From: Spirochaetia bacterium
Lineage (GTDB): Bacteria > Spirochaetota > Spirochaetia > CAKZLE01
Length of the DNA stretch: 64,000 nt
Reading direction: 5' to 3'
NCBI GenBank assembly: GCA_963677595.1
Contig: OY782041.1
Coordinates: 2,144,001-2,208,000, forward strand
Below are positions 23,377-33,155 of this stretch, one piece after another. Under the pieces are notes generated by a model that did not search any database, was not told the DNA's origin, and saw only the letters and a list, made by a program, of their open reading frames with translations. The translations under genes were made by a program, and so were the position numbers. Position 1 is the first letter of the stretch. Every line of letters begins with the position of its first letter.

Positions 23377-23685
23377 TCATGCCTTGAGCATGAGCTGGTC
23401 TATGAGATCAGGATCGTCCCTGAGCAGCTGAAGGAGCCTGCGGGAGGGACCTTCGGGTGAGTTCCTGCCGCACTCCCAAGCCTCGACAGTCTTCTTTGAG
23501 ACTCCAAGGGTGGATGCGAAGAGTACCTGCGTCAGAGAGAGGTCCTTCCGTATCTGCTTGATATCTTCACTGCTGAACAGTTCAACCGGTTTGACAGCGA
23601 TCTTTGTACGTCTGACAGGTATCTTTCCTTCCTGATATTGGACAGCCTCATCCAGTCCCCGCATGATGCTTGTATAGACACTCAT
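23377..23685 (-). CDS. XRE/HigA-type HTH antitoxin
   Basis: MSVYTSIMRGLDEAV..., LTQVLFASTLGVSKKTVEAWECGR; GGAG RBS. Confidence 0.8.
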   Translation of the reverse strand: MSVYTSIMRGLDEAVQYQEGKIPVRRTKIAVKPVELFSSEDIKQIRKDLSLTQVLFASTLGVSKKTVEAWECGRNSPEGPSRRLLQLLRDDPDLIDQLMLKA

Positions 23686-23805
23686 TTCCTTGACTCCTGT
23701 CTCCTGAGACCTGCTTCCAATCTTTTGATCATCTTGGCGATCTCGTTCCTTTCCGCTGCAGGATCTCTTATCCTTGCTTTCATCTCTCATGACTTCACTG
23801 TTCAT
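23682..23805 (-). pseudogene. Fused stubs of two toxin genes (AbiEii-like 5' end, RelE/HigB-like 3' end)
   Basis: ATG overlapping abiEi stop gives MNSEVMR then one frame over MKARIRD-PAAERNEIAKMIKRLEAGLRRQESRK* whose stop overlaps the antitoxin ATG. Confidence 0.5.
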
Positions 23806-24413
23806 AGGAGCACCTCCAGGTACTGATGCAAAGGAGTCTCAACTCTCAAATTTCTTGCATAGTCTGAGAGTAGCATGAAGTTGGCAGATGGAGATACTAC
23901 GAATTTCTTTAGAGCCTCTGTACGTATGTGTGTATCGATGGTGTTCCTGTTGCGAATCAGGTCACAAATCGTACGTTCTCTATCATATAATCTTATGGTA
24001 TTGCCGAAAGAGGTTTCCCCCTCGATCTGTCCTAGGTCGTGGTATGCACGTTTCATATAATACAGCTTGCAGTTCTCTGACAGGTTCTGGACTGCTTTGT
24101 ACCCGCTAGGTACTGTTGCTGTGTACACGGCAGGAGTCCTGTCGGTGAGCCCATGAATGAATAAGGCAGTCTCATGTGAATAGATGATCTGTGGATATTT
24201 TCTCTGCAGATAGAACATCACATCTTCTATCGCATCTGTCATGACATATACTCCCCTGGAGACTTTATCCAGGACTCCTTCAGATACAAGCTTATGCAGA
24301 TAACTTCGGGGAATGTTCTGTTCAGTGAGATCTGAGGTCAAGAGGGTCCCTGATTGACTCCGGGCTATATCCAGGATCAGCTGTTCATGATTCTTTGTGT
24401 TTGCTACATTCAT
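23802..24413 (-). CDS. Type IV TA antitoxin, AbiEi family
   Basis: N-terminal wHTH (KVSRGVY), IYSHETALFIHGLTDRTP, YDRERTICD, terminal YLEVLL. Confidence 0.85.
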   Translation of the reverse strand: MNVANTKNHEQLILDIARSQSGTLLTSDLTEQNIPRSYLHKLVSEGVLDKVSRGVYVMTDAIEDVMFYLQRKYPQIIYSHETALFIHGLTDRTPAVYTATVPSGYKAVQNLSENCKLYYMKRAYHDLGQIEGETSFGNTIRLYDRERTICDLIRNRNTIDTHIRTEALKKFVVSPSANFMLLSDYARNLRVETPLHQYLEVLL

Positions 24414-24463
24414 ACTTATATAATATATAAAATAAGTAAAATTGTATATAGCAGCAAACAAAC

Positions 24464-24492
24464 AAAAAGGCCGCTGCCTGTAGCAGCGACCT
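24464..24492 (-). terminator. Terminator after hpf
   Basis: AGGTCGCTGC...GCAGCGGCCT stem then TTTT on minus strand. Confidence 0.65.
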
Positions 24493-24513
24493 CCAGTCTA
24501 CCTGTCCTATCTG

Positions 24514-24804
24514 TCAGTGTTCCTTGACTTTTCCCTTTTCCTTGCGGATGACTCCTTCGAGTTTATCCACGAAGAGTTCGATGGCCTCATATAGTTCATG
24601 ATCCGTCTCGTTGACCATTTTGGTCTTGCTCCATTGGAAATGAACTTTCCCTTCGATCTTATAGCCCTGCGGCTCCTTGATCACCAGGATTGAAAGGTCA
24701 ATGACATACTCTTTTGCGAAATCGATCCGTTCCAGTTTCTTGTCCAGAAACTCCCGAGTAGTGTCACTGATATTGTAGTGAATACCTCTAACATCTAGAT
24801 TCAT
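24514..24804 (-). CDS. hpf: Ribosome hibernation promoting factor (RaiA/HPF)
   Basis: 96 aa, ELYEAIELFVDKLE motif, directly after rpoN; GGAGG RBS. Confidence 0.88.
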   Translation of the reverse strand: MNLDVRGIHYNISDTTREFLDKKLERIDFAKEYVIDLSILVIKEPQGYKIEGKVHFQWSKTKMVNETDHELYEAIELFVDKLEGVIRKEKGKVKEH

Positions 24805-24895
24805 AGCCACCTCCTGAATTCTTAGGGTATATCTAAAAGATAAACCCCTGAGGACCATATGTCAAAGGAAAGCGGGTAATCTCTGACCCGGCAGG

Positions 24896-26278
24896 TCAGT
24901 TTCTATGGAAGGATGAATCGATGTTCAGCTCTTTTCGGTACTTTGCCACGGTCCTGCGGGCGACGGAGATGTTCCGATCCTGCAGCATGTTGGAGATCTT
25001 CTGGTCGGAGAGTTTCTTCTTGCCCTCATAGCCCTCGATGATCTCTCTGATGACCTCCTTGACCCCGATCTTGGAGATCTCCTTCCCGTCATCGCTCTGC
25101 CCTGAGACGGCGTTGGTAAAGAAGAACTTGATAGGGTAGATCCCGAAATCGGTCTGGATGTACTTCGCGTTGGAGATACGGGAGATGGTGGTCTCATGGA
25201 CCTCCACCTCTTCTGCGATATCTTTCAGGGTGAGGGGGCGAAGGTACTTCGGCCCGTTATTGAAGAAGTCGAACTGGTGCCTGATCAGGGCGGCACCGAC
25301 CTTCCGCAGGGTCACGTTCCGCATCCTGATACTGTCGATGAGCCAGTTAGCATCCTTCAGGGAGCGCTGGATGTATTTCTCGGTATCCTTCGCCCCATCG
25401 GCTGGAGCCATGTCATCGAGCAGGTGCTCGAACTCTGTGTCGATGCTGAGGCTGGGGATCTGTTCCGTGTTGAGCCGCATGGTCAGCTTCCCCTCGATGT
25501 TCCTGATGATCAGGTCGGGGATCACGTACTGGGTCTCGTTGCTGGAGTAGAGACTGCCGGGGAAGGGGTTGAGGGTCTTGATGAACTCTATTGCCTCCTC
25601 GACATCCTCCAGGTCCGCATCAAGGTCCTTCGCGATCTGGTCCAGCTTCCCGCGGCGTACCGACTCCAGGTGCCCCTCGATGATCTGCTCACTGAGTTCG
25701 TGGGTGAAGTCATCGAGCTCGCACTGGAGGACCAGTGACTCGGTGTAATCGGCTACGCAGATCCCCGGGGGATCGAAGGTCTGGATGATGTTGATCATCG
25801 TCTCCGCCAGGGACGGGTCCGTCCCCTCCGGGAGGATGGAGAAGGGGTCCTCACGGTGGAACCCGTTGTCATCGAGGTTGGAGATGATCAGCTCCCCGAT
25901 CGCCTCCTTCTCCGGGGTGAGGGTATGGAGGTGCAGCTGGGCGATGAGGTGCTGCTGCAGGGATTCGGATCGGGAGAGTGCCCCTTCCATGAACTGCTGC
26001 TTGGAGTTCTCGCTGATATGGGATGACTTGCGGATATAGCCCGGGTCCGAGCTGTTCTCGAAGAAGTCATACTCGCTGCTCTGGGTCGCCTTCGAATACC
26101 GGTCATAGGAGACATCGGATGAGGAGGCCAGCTCCAGGGCCGGGTTCTTCTCGATCTCATCGCGTATGCGTGCCTGGAGGTCCTGGATGGGCATGGCAAG
26201 CAGTTCCAGGGACTGGTACATCTGGGGACTGAGTTTGAGCTGCTGTTTCTGGGTCAGTACGATACGTTGGGACTGCAT
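24896..26278 (-). CDS. rpoN: RNA polymerase sigma-54 factor
   Basis: Gln-rich N-terminus, HETTISR HTH, RpoN box ARRTVAKYR. Confidence 0.97.
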   Translation of the reverse strand: MQSQRIVLTQKQQLKLSPQMYQSLELLAMPIQDLQARIRDEIEKNPALELASSSDVSYDRYSKATQSSEYDFFENSSDPGYIRKSSHISENSKQQFMEGALSRSESLQQHLIAQLHLHTLTPEKEAIGELIISNLDDNGFHREDPFSILPEGTDPSLAETMINIIQTFDPPGICVADYTESLVLQCELDDFTHELSEQIIEGHLESVRRGKLDQIAKDLDADLEDVEEAIEFIKTLNPFPGSLYSSNETQYVIPDLIIRNIEGKLTMRLNTEQIPSLSIDTEFEHLLDDMAPADGAKDTEKYIQRSLKDANWLIDSIRMRNVTLRKVGAALIRHQFDFFNNGPKYLRPLTLKDIAEEVEVHETTISRISNAKYIQTDFGIYPIKFFFTNAVSGQSDDGKEISKIGVKEVIREIIEGYEGKKKLSDQKISNMLQDRNISVARRTVAKYRKELNIDSSFHRN

Positions 26279-26340
26279 TACTCCGGGTTCCTGCTAGGCT
26301 CCTTTCCTTATAGGTATTCTCAGAAGGGATGATAGCATAA

Positions 26341-27087
26341 TCAGAGACTAAAGTCTTCACCAAAGTAGGAATCCCGGGCTATCTGGCTCGAGGCGATCTT
26401 CTCCTTGGAACCGGAGTCCACGATCTCACCCTGTTTTATTATATAGGTGCAGTCGGTGATATCGAGTGTGTCGCGGGCGTTGTGGTCGGTGATGAGCACG
26501 CCGATGCCTCGGCGTGAGAGTACCCGGATGATCGACTTGATCTCCTGGACCGTCTTCGGGTCGATCCCGGCGAAGGGTTCGTCGAGCAGGAGGAACTTCG
26601 GGTCCACGGCCAGGTTCCTCGCGATCTCGGTCCGTCTCCGTTCCCCGCCGGAGAGCTTGTACGCCTCCTGGTGCCGCAGGTCCTGGATGCCGAAGCTCTC
26701 CAGCAGTTCCTCGAGGAACTCCTTCTTCTGTGCCTTCGTCAGGTCGCCACGGGTCTCGAGGATCCCCCATATATTGTTCTCCACCGACAGCTTGCTGAAG
26801 ATGGAAGGTTCCTGGGCAAGGTAGGAGATGCCCATGCGTGCCCGCTTGTACATGGGAAGCCGGGTGATGGGCTTGTCATTGAGGAAGATGTCACCCCGGG
26901 TCGGGTGGATGAAGCCGACGATCATGTAGAAGACCGTGGTCTTCCCCGCCCCGTTGGGGCCGAGCAGTCCTACCACCTCCCCTGAGGTCATGGAGAAGGA
27001 GACATCCTCCACGGCGGTCTTCCTGCCGTATACCTTCTTCAGGCCCTCGACGCCCAGGACCATCCGCTCTGCTGTCGATCTACTCAT
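26341..27087 (-). CDS. lptB: LPS export ABC transporter ATPase
   Basis: GLLGPNGAGKTT, YLAQEPSIF, LSGGERRR, ITDHN; upstream of rpoN. Confidence 0.93.
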   Translation of the reverse strand: MSRSTAERMVLGVEGLKKVYGRKTAVEDVSFSMTSGEVVGLLGPNGAGKTTVFYMIVGFIHPTRGDIFLNDKPITRLPMYKRARMGISYLAQEPSIFSKLSVENNIWGILETRGDLTKAQKKEFLEELLESFGIQDLRHQEAYKLSGGERRRTEIARNLAVDPKFLLLDEPFAGIDPKTVQEIKSIIRVLSRRGIGVLITDHNARDTLDITDCTYIIKQGEIVDSGSKEKIASSQIARDSYFGEDFSL

Positions 27088-27733
27088 TGATGATTCCCTT
27101 GACTCTTCCTTTCAGGGTGATCTCGTTGTCCGCGAGGTTCACGGTGATCTGTGAGGCCTCGTAGGAACTGCCCTTCCAATATACTACCGAGTTGCCGGTC
27201 ATCGCAAGCGTCTGGTTCCTGCTGTCATAGACGGCAGAGTCCGTCATACAGACCATCGGTCCGTCTTCGGTGTGCTTGTAGATCTTCACGCTGATCTGGA
27301 GCAGCGAGATACCGGTCTCCTGGGAGTTCTCCAGGTAGGCCGCCTTCGCGATGATCCCGTTGGCGGTATCCTCCATCTCCGCCCAGCCGTCGATCCTCAG
27401 CAGCGAGCGGTTCCGGTCATAGTAGAGCTCCTCAGCTCGTACGGAGATTCCCTGTTCCCCATCGATGATGTTCACTCCCCCGGTACAGGAGACATACCGC
27501 GACTGGGCCCCGTAGATCTCGATCGCATCGGCGCTGATCGTGGTAGACCCCGTCTCGATCCTGGCGCTCCCCGATAGGAGGAGTGACTTCATGTCGTCAT
27601 GGAGCGAGGCGCGGGTATAGTCGCTGGAGAAGTTGATGGCGTTGCGTGTGCCCGTCTCCTGGGAGAAGAGGGGGAGGGAGGAGATCACCAGTACTATGCA
27701 GAACAGGAGTATGCGTTCTTTCATGCTACTCAT
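27080..27733 (-). CDS. LptA/OstA-like periplasmic protein
   Basis: Signal peptide, beta-jellyroll pattern, position between lptC and lptB. Confidence 0.75.
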   Translation of the reverse strand: MSSMKERILLFCIVLVISSLPLFSQETGTRNAINFSSDYTRASLHDDMKSLLLSGSARIETGSTTISADAIEIYGAQSRYVSCTGGVNIIDGEQGISVRAEELYYDRNRSLLRIDGWAEMEDTANGIIAKAAYLENSQETGISLLQISVKIYKHTEDGPMVCMTDSAVYDSRNQTLAMTGNSVVYWKGSSYEASQITVNLADNEITLKGRVKGIINE

Positions 27734-28283
27734 ACTGTACTACACCTTGGGTCTCTTTGGCAAACTCTATGGCTCGCAGGGTGAAATCAGCTGAGAAGCC
27801 GTACCCCGAGACGACAGAGCCGTCGTCATAGGTCACGGAGACAGGGACCTCGGGAGGGGAGGAGAGCAGCTGGTCCTCATGGTCCCAGTAGAGGGTGTCG
27901 GTGGCGATCCGGATCTCCTCGGTCTGGGAGTAGAGCATGATGTTCCCGTCCAGGATGGTGTCGTTCGTGTCGGTATCGATGGTCGCCGAGTCGGAGGACC
28001 CATTGACGATGACCTTGCCGTCTGCATCCTTCTGCTCGAAGGTGACTTCGGTCAGGTGTACCGAGTGCTCCCTGCTGAAGAACTCAGCATGGCCGGCAGT
28101 GAAGGTGATCGGGTCGGTATAGCTTCTTGAGACAGTGTAGGTGGTGTGCTCCAGGATGAAGTCGGGATGCTCCGTCTCCTCGACCTCAGCGGCCTGCTGG
28201 TAGTCGAAGGAGCATCCCGCCAGGATGGGGAGTACGAGGGAACAGGCTAAGAGCAGGACGGCAGCATGGAGAGTATGGTTCAT
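27726..28283 (-). CDS. LptC-like lipoprotein
   Basis: Lipobox LAGC; TDTLYWD and GYGFSAD motifs; synteny; start could be 28325. Confidence 0.75.
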   Translation of the reverse strand: MNHTLHAAVLLLACSLVLPILAGCSFDYQQAAEVEETEHPDFILEHTTYTVSRSYTDPITFTAGHAEFFSREHSVHLTEVTFEQKDADGKVIVNGSSDSATIDTDTNDTILDGNIMLYSQTEEIRIATDTLYWDHEDQLLSSPPEVPVSVTYDDGSVVSGYGFSADFTLRAIEFAKETQGVVQYE

Positions 28284-28308
28284 GCTGCCGCTGCTGCGGT
28301 GTTCCCTG

Positions 28309-29922
28309 TCAGTCCTTCTTCCCATGTTCGATGCTTGCCTTGATGAAGCTTGCGAACAACGGGTGCGGTTCGATCGGGGTCGACTTGAATTCCGGGTGGA
28401 ACTGCACGCCTACACCCCAGGGGTGGTCAGGCCATTCCACAGATTCGACGAGTTCCCCTTCAGGGGTGTACCCGCTGATGACCATACCCCCATCACTGAA
28501 GGCATCCCGGTAATGGTTGTTGAACTCATACCGGTGCCGGTGACGTTCGAAGACGATCTCATTGTTGTAGCTGGCAAGGATCTTCGTGCCCGACTGCAGG
28601 TGTGACTCACTCTTCCCGAGCCTCATGGTCCCGCCCATCTCGGTGATGTCGAGCTGCTCTTCGAGCAGGCTGATCACGGGGTGGGGTGTCTCAGGCTTGA
28701 ACTCGGTACTGTCCGCATCGGCGAAGCCGAGGACATCCCTTGCGTACTCGATGACGAAGATCTGCATGCCGAGGCAGATGCCGAAACAGGGCAGTTTCGT
28801 GGTCCTGCAGAACTCTACCGCCTTGATCATACCCAAAACGCCGCGGGAGCCGAAGCCGCCGGGGATGAGGATGCCGTCCACACCGCCCAAGGCTGCAGCG
28901 AGTTCCTCTGATGAGATGTTCTCAAGATCCTCAGAATCGATCTTCACCAGCTCTACCTTGGCCTCGTTGGCGATACCGCCGTGCTTCAGGGCTTCGTAGA
29001 TCGATTTATAGGAATCCGGCAGGTGGATATACTTGCCGACGACGCCGATCTTCACGACATCGACCGCATTCTTGCAGATCTCCACCATGCGTGTCCATTT
29101 GGTCAGGTCCGGCTCATCGGCATTGAGCTTGAGCTTCTCTATGACGATGTCATCGACCTTCTGCTCGCGGTAGACCAGCGGGAGCTCGTGGATCTCCTTC
29201 AGGTCGTAGCCGACGATGACCGCCTCTTTCTTCACGTTGGTGAAGGAGGAGATCTTGTGTATCATGTCATTCTCGAGCATCACCGGTGCACGGCAGATCA
29301 GGATATCGGGCTGGATACCGAGCTCCCTGAGCTCCTTGACCGAGTGCTGTGTCGGTTTCGTCTTCAGTTCACCGCCGCCTACTTCAGGCACCAGGGTCAG
29401 GTGGACGAAGAGGACGTTCTCGGAGCCGAGGTCGCTTCCCATCTGACGTGCAGCCTCGAGGTAGGGGATCGACTCGTAGTCACCTACGGTACCCCCGATC
29501 TCGATGAGGGTCACATCGACCCCGGGACGCTTCCCGACCACGGAGATCCTGCGCTTGATCTCATCCGTGATGTGGGGAATGATCTGGACGGTCCTTCCCA
29601 GGTACCGGCCCTCACGCTCCTTGCTGATGACCGACTGGTAGATCTGTCCTGTGGTGATCGAATTCTCTTTCCTGATGGAAGCCCGGGTGAATCGTGCGTA
29701 GCTTCCGAGGTCGAGGTCTGTCTCTGCGCCGTCATCGGTGACGTAGACCTCTCCATGCTGATAGGGACTCATCGTTCCTGCATCCACGTTGAGATACGGG
29801 TCGATCTTTATCATCTGAATGTTCAGTCCCCTGCTTTCGAGCAGGTTCGCAAGAGAGGTCGCAGCCAGCCCCTTCCCAAGACTTGAACACACACCGCCGC
29901 TGATAAAAATGTATTTCTTCAT
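28309..29922 (-). CDS. pyrG: CTP synthase
   Basis: [42 protein letters not shown]. Confidence 0.97.
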   Translation of the reverse strand: MKKYIFISGGVCSSLGKGLAATSLANLLESRGLNIQMIKIDPYLNVDAGTMSPYQHGEVYVTDDGAETDLDLGSYARFTRASIRKENSITTGQIYQSVISKEREGRYLGRTVQIIPHITDEIKRRISVVGKRPGVDVTLIEIGGTVGDYESIPYLEAARQMGSDLGSENVLFVHLTLVPEVGGGELKTKPTQHSVKELRELGIQPDILICRAPVMLENDMIHKISSFTNVKKEAVIVGYDLKEIHELPLVYREQKVDDIVIEKLKLNADEPDLTKWTRMVEICKNAVDVVKIGVVGKYIHLPDSYKSIYEALKHGGIANEAKVELVKIDSEDLENISSEELAAALGGVDGILIPGGFGSRGVLGMIKAVEFCRTTKLPCFGICLGMQIFVIEYARDVLGFADADSTEFKPETPHPVISLLEEQLDITEMGGTMRLGKSESHLQSGTKILASYNNEIVFERHRHRYEFNNHYRDAFSDGGMVISGYTPEGELVESVEWPDHPWGVGVQFHPEFKSTPIEPHPLFASFIKASIEHGKKD

Positions 29923-29994
29923 GTAAGAGAAGTATAGTGATTTTACCCTCGTTGCGCAACGTATCGGGACAGGGTTCTCTGATAAAAAGAGACG

Positions 29995-30198
29995 AGAAAA
30001 GGGATCCGCCAACGGTGGATCCCTTTGAAAGTATAGCTAAACATGAACAAGGAGGTATGGATTACGTATGTACACTTCATGCCAGTCTCATGGTTTCCGG
30101 CAGTCATGTATGGGAGTAAGAGGTGAGGCAGCTTTTACTGCACCGATCTCCGTATGCCTCCTGTCCTGGTATGGCGATCAGTCCTCTTGAATCCCTCT
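29995..30198 (-). ncRNA. Candidate ~200 nt sRNA
   Basis: TTGCCT-17-TATATT promoter (30233..30205), terminator at 29997-30026, no convincing ORF, internal anti-SD stretch CCAUACCUCCUU. Confidence 0.5.
29997..30026 (-). terminator. Intrinsic terminator
   Basis: AAAGGGATCCACC-gtt-GGCGGATCCCTTTT. Confidence 0.8.
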
Positions 30199-30239
30199 AT
30201 ATTCAATATAAATGGTGGGGAGCCCAAAGGCAAGGGTTT

Positions 30240-30255
30240 TTGTAATGATTACAAT
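30240..30255. promoter_or_regulatory. Second PerR/Fur-like operator
   Basis: TTGTAATGATTACAAT, identical to 8391-8406. Confidence 0.65.
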
Positions 30256-30274
30256 TTAAAAGATTGGTTTCATC

Positions 30275-31084
30275 CTACAGCAGTGCATCTACCCAGTCAC
30301 GGGGGTGGGCGGTGCGGGGCCGAAAGAACTGTACCGGGATGCGGGGTTCCAGATGCCGGGAGAGGAAGCCCGAGACCAGTGGGGGAAAGCGGTAGGCTAT
30401 CTTCCTGGCATTTGCGGGGCATGAGTCTACGCAGGCATAGCAGCGCAGGCAAGAGCCTTTCGCGATAGCGAAGGTCTTCTTCTCAATGATCCCGATCGGG
30501 CAGGCCCGTACACACCTGCCGCAGCGGGTGCAGGCATCCAAGTCAACCTTCGGTTCCCGTGCGAGGAGCCGGTGGCTGTTCTCGGGCATGACCAGGCTCA
30601 TGAAGTCAGGCTTCGTCGGTGTCCGCAGCTCTTCCGGTTTCCCGTTTCTCAAGATCTCGAAGTCCTCGATGTCAGGTCGGCCGACTCCCAGGGGTACCTG
30701 TTCGATGGCAAAGGAGTGGCGGGCGATCGCGGCGATGCTGCAGAAGGGGGAGAGCCCCATCGAGGCTGCGAGCTGCTCGAACTCCAGGAGCACGGCCCCG
30801 AACTCGACCTGCCCGTAGCTGACGAGGCAGACAGTCGGGACCGAGGTGCCGTGGAACTTCTTCAACCGTTCAACAGCCGGTTTCGGCAGGTGACCGTTAT
30901 AGACCGGGGCTGCCAGGACGATGAGGTCAGCGCTCAGGTCCTCCTCGGCAGGTATCTCCTTCGAGGTTGTGATGTCGATCTCGCGGATCGAGGCTGCGGG
31001 ATACCTGCTGCAGAACCCCCTGACGCAGGAACGTGTCCCTCCCGTGGGGGAGAAGGTGATCGTTATGATGGACTGGACGCTCAT
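30275..31084 (-). CDS. Flavodoxin-ferredoxin fusion (EFR1-like)
   Basis: FSPTGGT flavodoxin loop; CTRCGRCVRACP and CLRCYACVDSCP. Confidence 0.85.
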   Translation of the reverse strand: MSVQSIITITFSPTGGTRSCVRGFCSRYPAASIREIDITTSKEIPAEEDLSADLIVLAAPVYNGHLPKPAVERLKKFHGTSVPTVCLVSYGQVEFGAVLLEFEQLAASMGLSPFCSIAAIARHSFAIEQVPLGVGRPDIEDFEILRNGKPEELRTPTKPDFMSLVMPENSHRLLAREPKVDLDACTRCGRCVRACPIGIIEKKTFAIAKGSCLRCYACVDSCPANARKIAYRFPPLVSGFLSRHLEPRIPVQFFRPRTAHPRDWVDALL

Positions 31085-31085
31085 G

Positions 31086-31814
31086 CTATTTCTTCGGCGG
31101 TGCTGCATGCTCGATGATATAGGAGAGGTTCTCCGCGAACGGGGGATTCTCCCTCCTGATATCCTGCAGGTAGGCAGCCGTGTCGTAGGTGACGCGCTTC
31201 TGGATCGGGAAGACCCCGTCGCCGGTGATGTCGACGATGCCGTAGCCGGCTCTCCGGTCGCTGTCGAAGGAGTAACCGATCGCCCCGAAGTTGATCACCT
31301 GCATGTCCCCGAGCATGAACTGTCCCGGCAGGTGGGTGTGGCCGCAGAAGAGTGTCTGGAGCTCGAGGTCGAGGATCTGCCGCTTCGAGGCACCGCTCAG
31401 GTCATCCCCAGTCATCTTCTCCTCGAAGTCCATCGGGGTACCGTGGCAGAACCCGATGGGTTCTTCCTCCATGAGGCGCTGCTCGAAGATCTCCCAGGAG
31501 GAGATCTCATCGAGGGCGCTCCCCGGTACCTGCGCTGCGGCATACGCATCGAGGAGCTGTGCGTACTGTTCATTCGGGGCAGTGGGTTCGGGGTTCATGA
31601 GGAAGTACTCGTGGAAGCCGTCGGTGTTACCCTTGATGCAAATGTCAGGTTCGAGATCGGAGAGCAGGTCCCAGCACTCCCTGGGGTAGAGCCCGTTGAT
31701 GATGAGGTCGCCGAGGAAGATGACCTGGTCAGGCTTCTCCCTCCTGAGGTCCTTCACGACCGCCTCGAATGCATAGATATTCGCATGGATATCAGAAAGG
31801 ACAGCTAACCGCAT
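31086..31814 (-). CDS. Calcineurin-like metallophosphoesterase
   Basis: SDIHAN, LGDLI, KGNTD, CGHTH. Confidence 0.88.
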   Translation of the reverse strand: MRLAVLSDIHANIYAFEAVVKDLRREKPDQVIFLGDLIINGLYPRECWDLLSDLEPDICIKGNTDGFHEYFLMNPEPTAPNEQYAQLLDAYAAAQVPGSALDEISSWEIFEQRLMEEEPIGFCHGTPMDFEEKMTGDDLSGASKRQILDLELQTLFCGHTHLPGQFMLGDMQVINFGAIGYSFDSDRRAGYGIVDITGDGVFPIQKRVTYDTAAYLQDIRRENPPFAENLSYIIEHAAPPKK

Positions 31815-31815
31815 A

Positions 31816-32232
31816 TCATTCCTCCCGGTCCTGGTGGATCCCTGTGATCACCGGCTGATAGGTCTTCTTCTTGATCAGCCCGAATATATATCCTATAAGA
31901 AAACCTGCTGCAAGTCCAATGAATCCTCCGAGTGCCTGCAGGCCATCCCCGGCGCCGGGGACGGCTGCCCGGACTCCCAGCAGCCCTGCGAGGAAGAGGA
32001 TCAGGGGGAAGATGAGGATCATGAAGCCGGAGAAGATGGTCTTTCCCGGCGGCAGGTAGACATCCACGGTGTCGCCGACCTTGATGGAGAGTTTCTCCGG
32101 ATTGATCGCCGTGAAGGTCTTCCCCTGGATATTGCAGAAGGAACTGCCGCTGCAGGCCTTACAGCTCGTCGTGATGCACCCGAGGGTGACGTGGTGTCTC
32201 TCTATCGATATGACCTGTGTGATCTCTGTCAT
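31816..32232 (-). CDS. RseC/MucC family protein
   Basis: CKAC...C motif, KVGDTVDV, two TM helices. Confidence 0.8.
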   Translation of the reverse strand: MTEITQVISIERHHVTLGCITTSCKACSGSSFCNIQGKTFTAINPEKLSIKVGDTVDVYLPPGKTIFSGFMILIFPLILFLAGLLGVRAAVPGAGDGLQALGGFIGLAAGFLIGYIFGLIKKKTYQPVITGIHQDREE

Positions 32233-33041
32233 CTCTTTCTCTCCTCTTCAGGGGTCTCTATCGGCAGCCTGACCAGCTCGATCGACTCAGCCTTCCCATC
32301 ATCCCCGATGGTGAAGAGGGCCCCTTGGAGCTCGAGTGATTCCCAGCAGTCCTGGGACCGTTCCGGGACCGCCGTGAGGAACTTCCGGATCTCGATCTCG
32401 GGGTCGAGTCCCCCGACCCCGTGGAGGGAGCCGCACCGGCCGTTGTCGGTGAGGACGGCGGTCCCCTTGGGGAAGACCTCGGCATCGGCGGTCAATGCCT
32501 TGTTGTGGGTGCCGATCACTGCTGACACGGCACCGTCGGTATGGAAGAACATCGCCCGTTTCTCGGCAGTGGTGGCTGCATGGAACTGGATGATGACGTA
32601 GGGCGTGATGCTCCGTATCTTCTCGATGATCATGTCGAAGAAGCTGAAGGGATTGCTCAGGTGGACCCGCGGGTACTCCGACTGGCCGAGCAGGTTGAGT
32701 ACTGCCACCTTCTTATCGCCGACATCGTAGGTCCTCCACCCCCTGCCGGGGTTGCCGGGCGGGTAGTTCGCCGGCCTGAGAAGGTAGGGAGCCTTCCCGA
32801 TCTGGTCGACCATATCTTTCTTGTAGTAGGTCTTCTCCCCGGTGGTCACCACGTCGATGCCGATCTTCTTCAGGTATATGGAATGGTTCTTCCCGATCCC
32901 GAACCCCCCGGTCGTCCCTTCGCCGTTGGCGATGACCAGGTCGATGGGCCCCTGCTTCCTCAGCTGCTTGAGCCCCTGTTTGACGGTATAGATACCGGGT
33001 CGTCCCACGATCTCGCCTAAGGCCAATATTCTCATGCTCAT
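32229..33041 (-). CDS. YmdB-like (TIGR00282) metallophosphoesterase
   Basis: ALGEIVGRPG, LRPANYPPGNPGRG, FHAATTAEK, VIGTH. Confidence 0.88.
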   Translation of the reverse strand: MSMRILALGEIVGRPGIYTVKQGLKQLRKQGPIDLVIANGEGTTGGFGIGKNHSIYLKKIGIDVVTTGEKTYYKKDMVDQIGKAPYLLRPANYPPGNPGRGWRTYDVGDKKVAVLNLLGQSEYPRVHLSNPFSFFDMIIEKIRSITPYVIIQFHAATTAEKRAMFFHTDGAVSAVIGTHNKALTADAEVFPKGTAVLTDNGRCGSLHGVGGLDPEIEIRKFLTAVPERSQDCWESLELQGALFTIGDDGKAESIELVRLPIETPEEERKR

Positions 33042-33155
33042 GGCTACAATGTAGTCATGTTTTGCCCGATTTGCAAGCGATTACCCCTCCTATTCGTAGA
33101 GTTAGCCTGCAAAGCATGCTATGATGAGGTATGACCGCAGGCGGGGGAGGCTCCC

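Noticed and set aside
30068-30190. Small plus-strand ORF after AAGGAGG
   Set aside because: SD-to-ATG spacing is poor (1 or 12 nt), no recognisable product, and promoter plus terminator polarity favour a minus-strand RNA
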